From: Acidobacteriota bacterium
GTDB lineage: Bacteria; Acidobacteriota; Terriglobia; Bryobacterales; Bryobacteraceae
NCBI GenBank assembly: GCA_003223115.1
Contig: QHXW01000041.1
Location: 972 to 64,971 of the forward strand
Length of the DNA stretch: 64,000 bases
Direction: 5' to 3'
Positions 60,773 through 64,000 of the stretch are shown one piece after another. The stretch's first letter is position 1; each line of letters starts with the position of its first letter. A program made the position numbers and the translations under genes. The notes under the pieces were generated by a model. It was not told the origin of the DNA, made no database searches, and saw only the letters and a list, made by a program, of their open reading frames with translations.

Positions 60773-61115
60773 GAGACGATGAATGTCGCGCGCTGCGGTT
60801 GTAGAGAATAGGGCAAGTAGATCAGCGACGATCGCGTTCCAACGGGTGAGCCCAACCCTGCCAGCGCGCGCTCCTGCTGAGCAACAATCGCCCCGTCAAC
60901 GCGCCACGGATCAGGAGATCCAAAAATGGAACTCGCGGCAACACGGCTTTGTGCCCCAAACTGCGTGGATTGCGCACTGCAAAGAGCTGTTCGGCTCGCC
61001 GCGCCCGGCACGTCACCCAACCAAAATAAAATACGTGCCCGCCAGAAAGGGTTGCGCCGATCAAGCAAGCATTCCGACGTTCGGCCTTGACCGTTCAGTT
61101 TCGAGTGCAGGCGAA

Positions 61116-62576
61116 CTACAGGGTCTTCAGAAAGGCGATGAGGGCCTTTTTCTTCTTGGCCGAGAGATCCAGCCCAAAACGGTGCCCCTTGACCGAGCGC
61201 GTCCGACCGTCGTAGCCCTTGAAGCCCGTGGGTACGTAGTCATCGCGAAGGCGGGCCGAATCGAACCAGTCCTCGAGTGTAGCGACTGAACCATTGTGTT
61301 CGAAAGGTCCCCGGTACCAGAGGCCTTTCAGGGAAGGGACTCTGTAGTAACCGGTGCCTTTGTGGGTTTCCAGCGCATAGCGCGAGTCGGTGCCGACTCG
61401 CGTTGCCATGATGTCAAAGCGTTGCTTGTGGTCGGCTGGAGGCTCAAAGCCATCCACCGGGATGAGTTTGTTGTTTGTGTAGAATGGTGGCGTGTGGCAC
61501 TGTCCGCACCCCTCGCGCTCGAAAATTTTCTTGCCGCGCGCCGCGACTGCGTCGAACAGGTTGGGATTCGGTGGCGGCTGAAGCGAATAGAGGTAAAGTA
61601 CGAGGGCGTATAGCTGCTCATCGCTGTAGCGCGCGGCATGCCCAGCGTCAGGTTTCGGCGGCTGCAAATCACCGTATCGATCGAGCCCGGCCATGTCCTG
61701 TACCAGCGAAGAATAGCGCATAAGATCACCGATACCCCGGTGGCGCACCAGACCAGTGTGGTCGAGATAACGGCGCTCCTCGACTCCAATCAGGTCGGGA
61801 ATCTGCGGCGGCACCAACATGCTGGTGTTACTCCTTGCAGTCACACCAGGCGGAATCTCTTCACCGGCAGCGACCAGTTCATCCAGTGACATCACTTGAG
61901 CGCGCCGGTTTGGATCATCTGACAGCCACGGCATTTCAAACTGACGGGTGAAGGCGCGGATCCGCTCCAGCACTTTGAAGGGATCGCCGGCTTTGGCGGC
62001 CCCGCGAAGCATCGAGGCGCCCTCGCGATCACCCGGGTTGTTGCCCTGCGCCCCGGGAACGACTGCTCCGTCCGTCATCACGCGCGTGTGGCATGTATTG
62101 CAGCCCATCGAACCCAATTCCACCTCACCTTTTCGCCGGATTACCCAACGCGCGAACGGAACGGTTCCGTCCTTCGCGACGGGCATCCCGGTCTTCTCGA
62201 AGAACGAGGGATCACGTAGATTCACCGCGCTGAAGAAGACAGGGCCATACGATGTTGGGGCGTTGAAGACGACTTCGCCGACCTTGACCCAGTCTTCGCG
62301 CGTGTGCAGCCTCGAGGGGTCGAAAGCAATCTCGGGTTCCTGCTGCTTGAGCCACTCTATATAGCCCGCTGGCTCGCGGCTCGGATGGTAAACCGGATAG
62401 CTCTTGTAAATGATGCGCACGGGAATTCGATAGTAGGTCCCCTCGGAAATATGGATGGGAGAATACTTTGGGTTCGCCAGTGGCACTTCGAGCGCCTCGA
62501 CATCCGAGTTCTTCCATGTTTGGGGAATCTTAGGCTGAAATGCGCTTACCGCGAGCAGGACTGCCAGCGCCTTCAT
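61116..62576 (-). CDS. Secreted dihaem c-type cytochrome family protein (peroxidase/MauG-like architecture, function unknown)
   Basis: Signal peptide MKALAVLLAVSAF. Two CXXCH motifs (CNTCH and CGQCH) are about 200 aa apart. Confidence 0.65.
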   Translation of the reverse strand: MKALAVLLAVSAFQPKIPQTWKNSDVEALEVPLANPKYSPIHISEGTYYRIPVRIIYKSYPVYHPSREPAGYIEWLKQQEPEIAFDPSRLHTREDWVKVGEVVFNAPTSYGPVFFSAVNLRDPSFFEKTGMPVAKDGTVPFARWVIRRKGEVELGSMGCNTCHTRVMTDGAVVPGAQGNNPGDREGASMLRGAAKAGDPFKVLERIRAFTRQFEMPWLSDDPNRRAQVMSLDELVAAGEEIPPGVTARSNTSMLVPPQIPDLIGVEERRYLDHTGLVRHRGIGDLMRYSSLVQDMAGLDRYGDLQPPKPDAGHAARYSDEQLYALVLYLYSLQPPPNPNLFDAVAARGKKIFEREGCGQCHTPPFYTNNKLIPVDGFEPPADHKQRFDIMATRVGTDSRYALETHKGTGYYRVPSLKGLWYRGPFEHNGSVATLEDWFDSARLRDDYVPTGFKGYDGRTRSVKGHRFGLDLSAKKKKALIAFLKTL

Positions 62577-62793
62577 GCGAGATCTCCAAAGGATGGCGAA
62601 CTCTCAATAATACCCGAGGTCTGAATCCGATTACTCATCCTCTCCATATGTCGAACAGAACAACACTGGTTCGACACACCTTTACAAGGACCGACGAAAA
62701 GCGAATGGCAGCACCATCCCGCAGGCGAGCGTCTGAAGGCTTTTTTGACAAACTTCCCACATTCCCGTTATCAGGACAATTGAGCCTCGGGCC

Positions 62794-63084
62794 GAGCCAC
62801 TCCGGGTACCGCAACACGGTTTCGGAGAGAAACCTGCTATACGAAAAAACGGTGATCAGATAGCTCAGCGCAGTGGGCGAGTTGGAAAGGCGATCGAAGC
62901 CGCTGGGGTTTTCAATGCGCAGATGCTCGAGAAAATGTAGCGATTGGTCGGGATCCGGCACCGATGCCAGCAGCACCTGGATGCGAGCGACAATGGCTTC
63001 CGGCAGCCCGCCGGAAAGCCGGTTTAGTTGGTCGCGAGCGCGGCTGGGATTGCGGAATTCGATCTCTTCAATAATACGCGGCAT
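62794..63084 (-). pseudogene. glnE: N-terminal ~97-aa remnant of glutamine-synthetase adenylyltransferase (GlnE)
   Basis: LLASVPDPDQSLHFLEHL...ALSYLITVFSYSRFLSETVLRYPEWL matches the GlnE N-terminal pattern. The ORF then degenerates and stops at 62635. There is no room for the remaining ~800 aa before the next gene. Confidence 0.55.
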
Positions 63085-63130
63085 GGGGCATCACAACCCG
63101 GTGACGGGTCAGATCGACACAAAGCCAAGG

Positions 63131-64000
63131 GTGATTATAGCGTCAGCATCACGGCGGGGCAGTCGTTGCGCGCAAGTCTCTTTATGTTTCCTTGTAACGG
63201 TATGTACGGCGGCTCCGTTGAAGTACCAGGATGTTTTTGGCTCGGACACCACAGTTTCGGCCGGCGCAGTTGACGCGGCTGGAAATGTGTATCTCACCGG
63301 TTCGACGACGTCCCCTTTGCTGCCGGTGACACCGCGAGCATTTCAGAAGACCTTTATTCAGAGCCAATGCGGGACTTATTATTTCCCAGGACCAAATGGA
63401 AGCCCCGGAGAGTCAATTCCCATTCCGTGCGCGCACGCGTTCATAGCCAAGATCGCGGCGGATGGCGCCAGCCTTGTGTACTTAACGTACTTAGGTGGTG
63501 AACTCACCGACTACGTCAACGCGATTGCGGTTGACGCCGCAGGTAACGCCTACTTGACGGGCACCACGTCTTCAACAACCTTTCCGGTCACTTTACTTGC
63601 CTACCGGTCGAAGCCCGGCAGTGGATTTGTCACCAAGCTGAGTGCGGATGGCAGTGCGCTATTATTTTCAACTTATTTCGACGGCGTCCAAGGCGAGGCC
63701 ATAACGTTCGATGCGTCGGGCAACGTCTATGTGGCCGGCGGCGCTGATGGAGCCAAATTTGACACCACGCCAGGAGCGTTTCAATCCAAGGGCTACCTAG
63801 GCCATGGGGATGCGTTCGTTTTCAAACTGAACCCGTATGGCACGCGTCTGCTGTATTCGACGCTAGTAGGCGGTACTTTTGATGACTGGGCGACATCGCT
63901 TGCCGTGGACCAGCAGGGAAACGCTTATATCGCAGGCATTACGGCATCAGTCCCGGCCTACGCCCACCTTGCCGGTCCGGAGGGCTTTACACCGTTTCCA
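63131..64000 (+). CDS. SBBP/beta-propeller-repeat secreted protein, 3' end outside the window
   Basis: This open frame is absent from the ORF track because it has no stop in the window. It shows repeated units (VDAAGNVYLTGSTTS..., VDAAGNAYLTGTTSSTTFP, FDASGNVYVAGGADG, VDQQGNAYIAGITAS). The start is uncertain (GTG 63131 or ATG 63083). Confidence 0.7.
   Translation, partial: MIIASASRRGSRCAQVSLCFLVTVCTAAPLKYQDVFGSDTTVSAGAVDAAGNVYLTGSTTSPLLPVTPRAFQKTFIQSQCGTYYFPGPNGSPGESIPIPCAHAFIAKIAADGASLVYLTYLGGELTDYVNAIAVDAAGNAYLTGTTSSTTFPVTLLAYRSKPGSGFVTKLSADGSALLFSTYFDGVQGEAITFDASGNVYVAGGADGAKFDTTPGAFQSKGYLGHGDAFVFKLNPYGTRLLYSTLVGGTFDDWATSLAVDQQGNAYIAGITASVPAYAHLAGPEGFTPFP

Overview
High-GC bacterial chromosomal segment, probably Acidobacteriota. 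That assignment is an inference from ADOP-type permease fragments, a PD40-propeller Ser/Thr kinase and an SBBP-repeat protein, not a database result. Bases 1-48,100 are mostly housekeeping or core-like. They hold an enolase-superfamily gene, a multiply frameshifted kinase, an oxidoreductase/transaminase pair, a decahaem cytochrome plus outer-membrane barrel pair (MtrAB/PioAB-like) and a DegT-TIM-murQ-murA operon. They also hold an RsbW/STAS partner-switching pair, a 12-gene nuo operon (A,C,D,E,F,G,H,J,K,L,M,N, lacking nuoB and nuoI), rpsA, a sigma54 two-component pair, glgB, add, an HdrD-like membrane Fe-S protein, UXS, an M48 protease and a frameshifted S1/P1 nuclease. Bases ~48,100-62,800 look like a decayed accessory island. 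It carries three kinds of toxin-antitoxin module (every toxin damaged), IS/integrase fragments, ADOP-permease and dienelactone-hydrolase fragments, and ends at a truncated glnE. Two diverged ~1.26-1.29 kb direct repeats, each a tRNA-Val(CAC) 3' fragment plus a RelE/Gp49-like TA pair plus a hydrolase fragment, bracket a 6.7 kb, visibly more GC-rich insert. That insert carries the most interesting feature: a tightly coupled five-gene operon (52,941-58,830) encoding an 877-aa all-helical protein with no recognisable catalytic motif, a 94-aa J-domain-only protein with an HPPD variant of the HPD motif, a GrpE-like protein, a complete Hsp70, and a zinc-ribbon protein. I interpret it as a dedicated, horizontally acquired Hsp70 machine of unknown function; conflict or defence is one hypothesis. 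No rRNA, intact tRNA or CRISPR array was seen.
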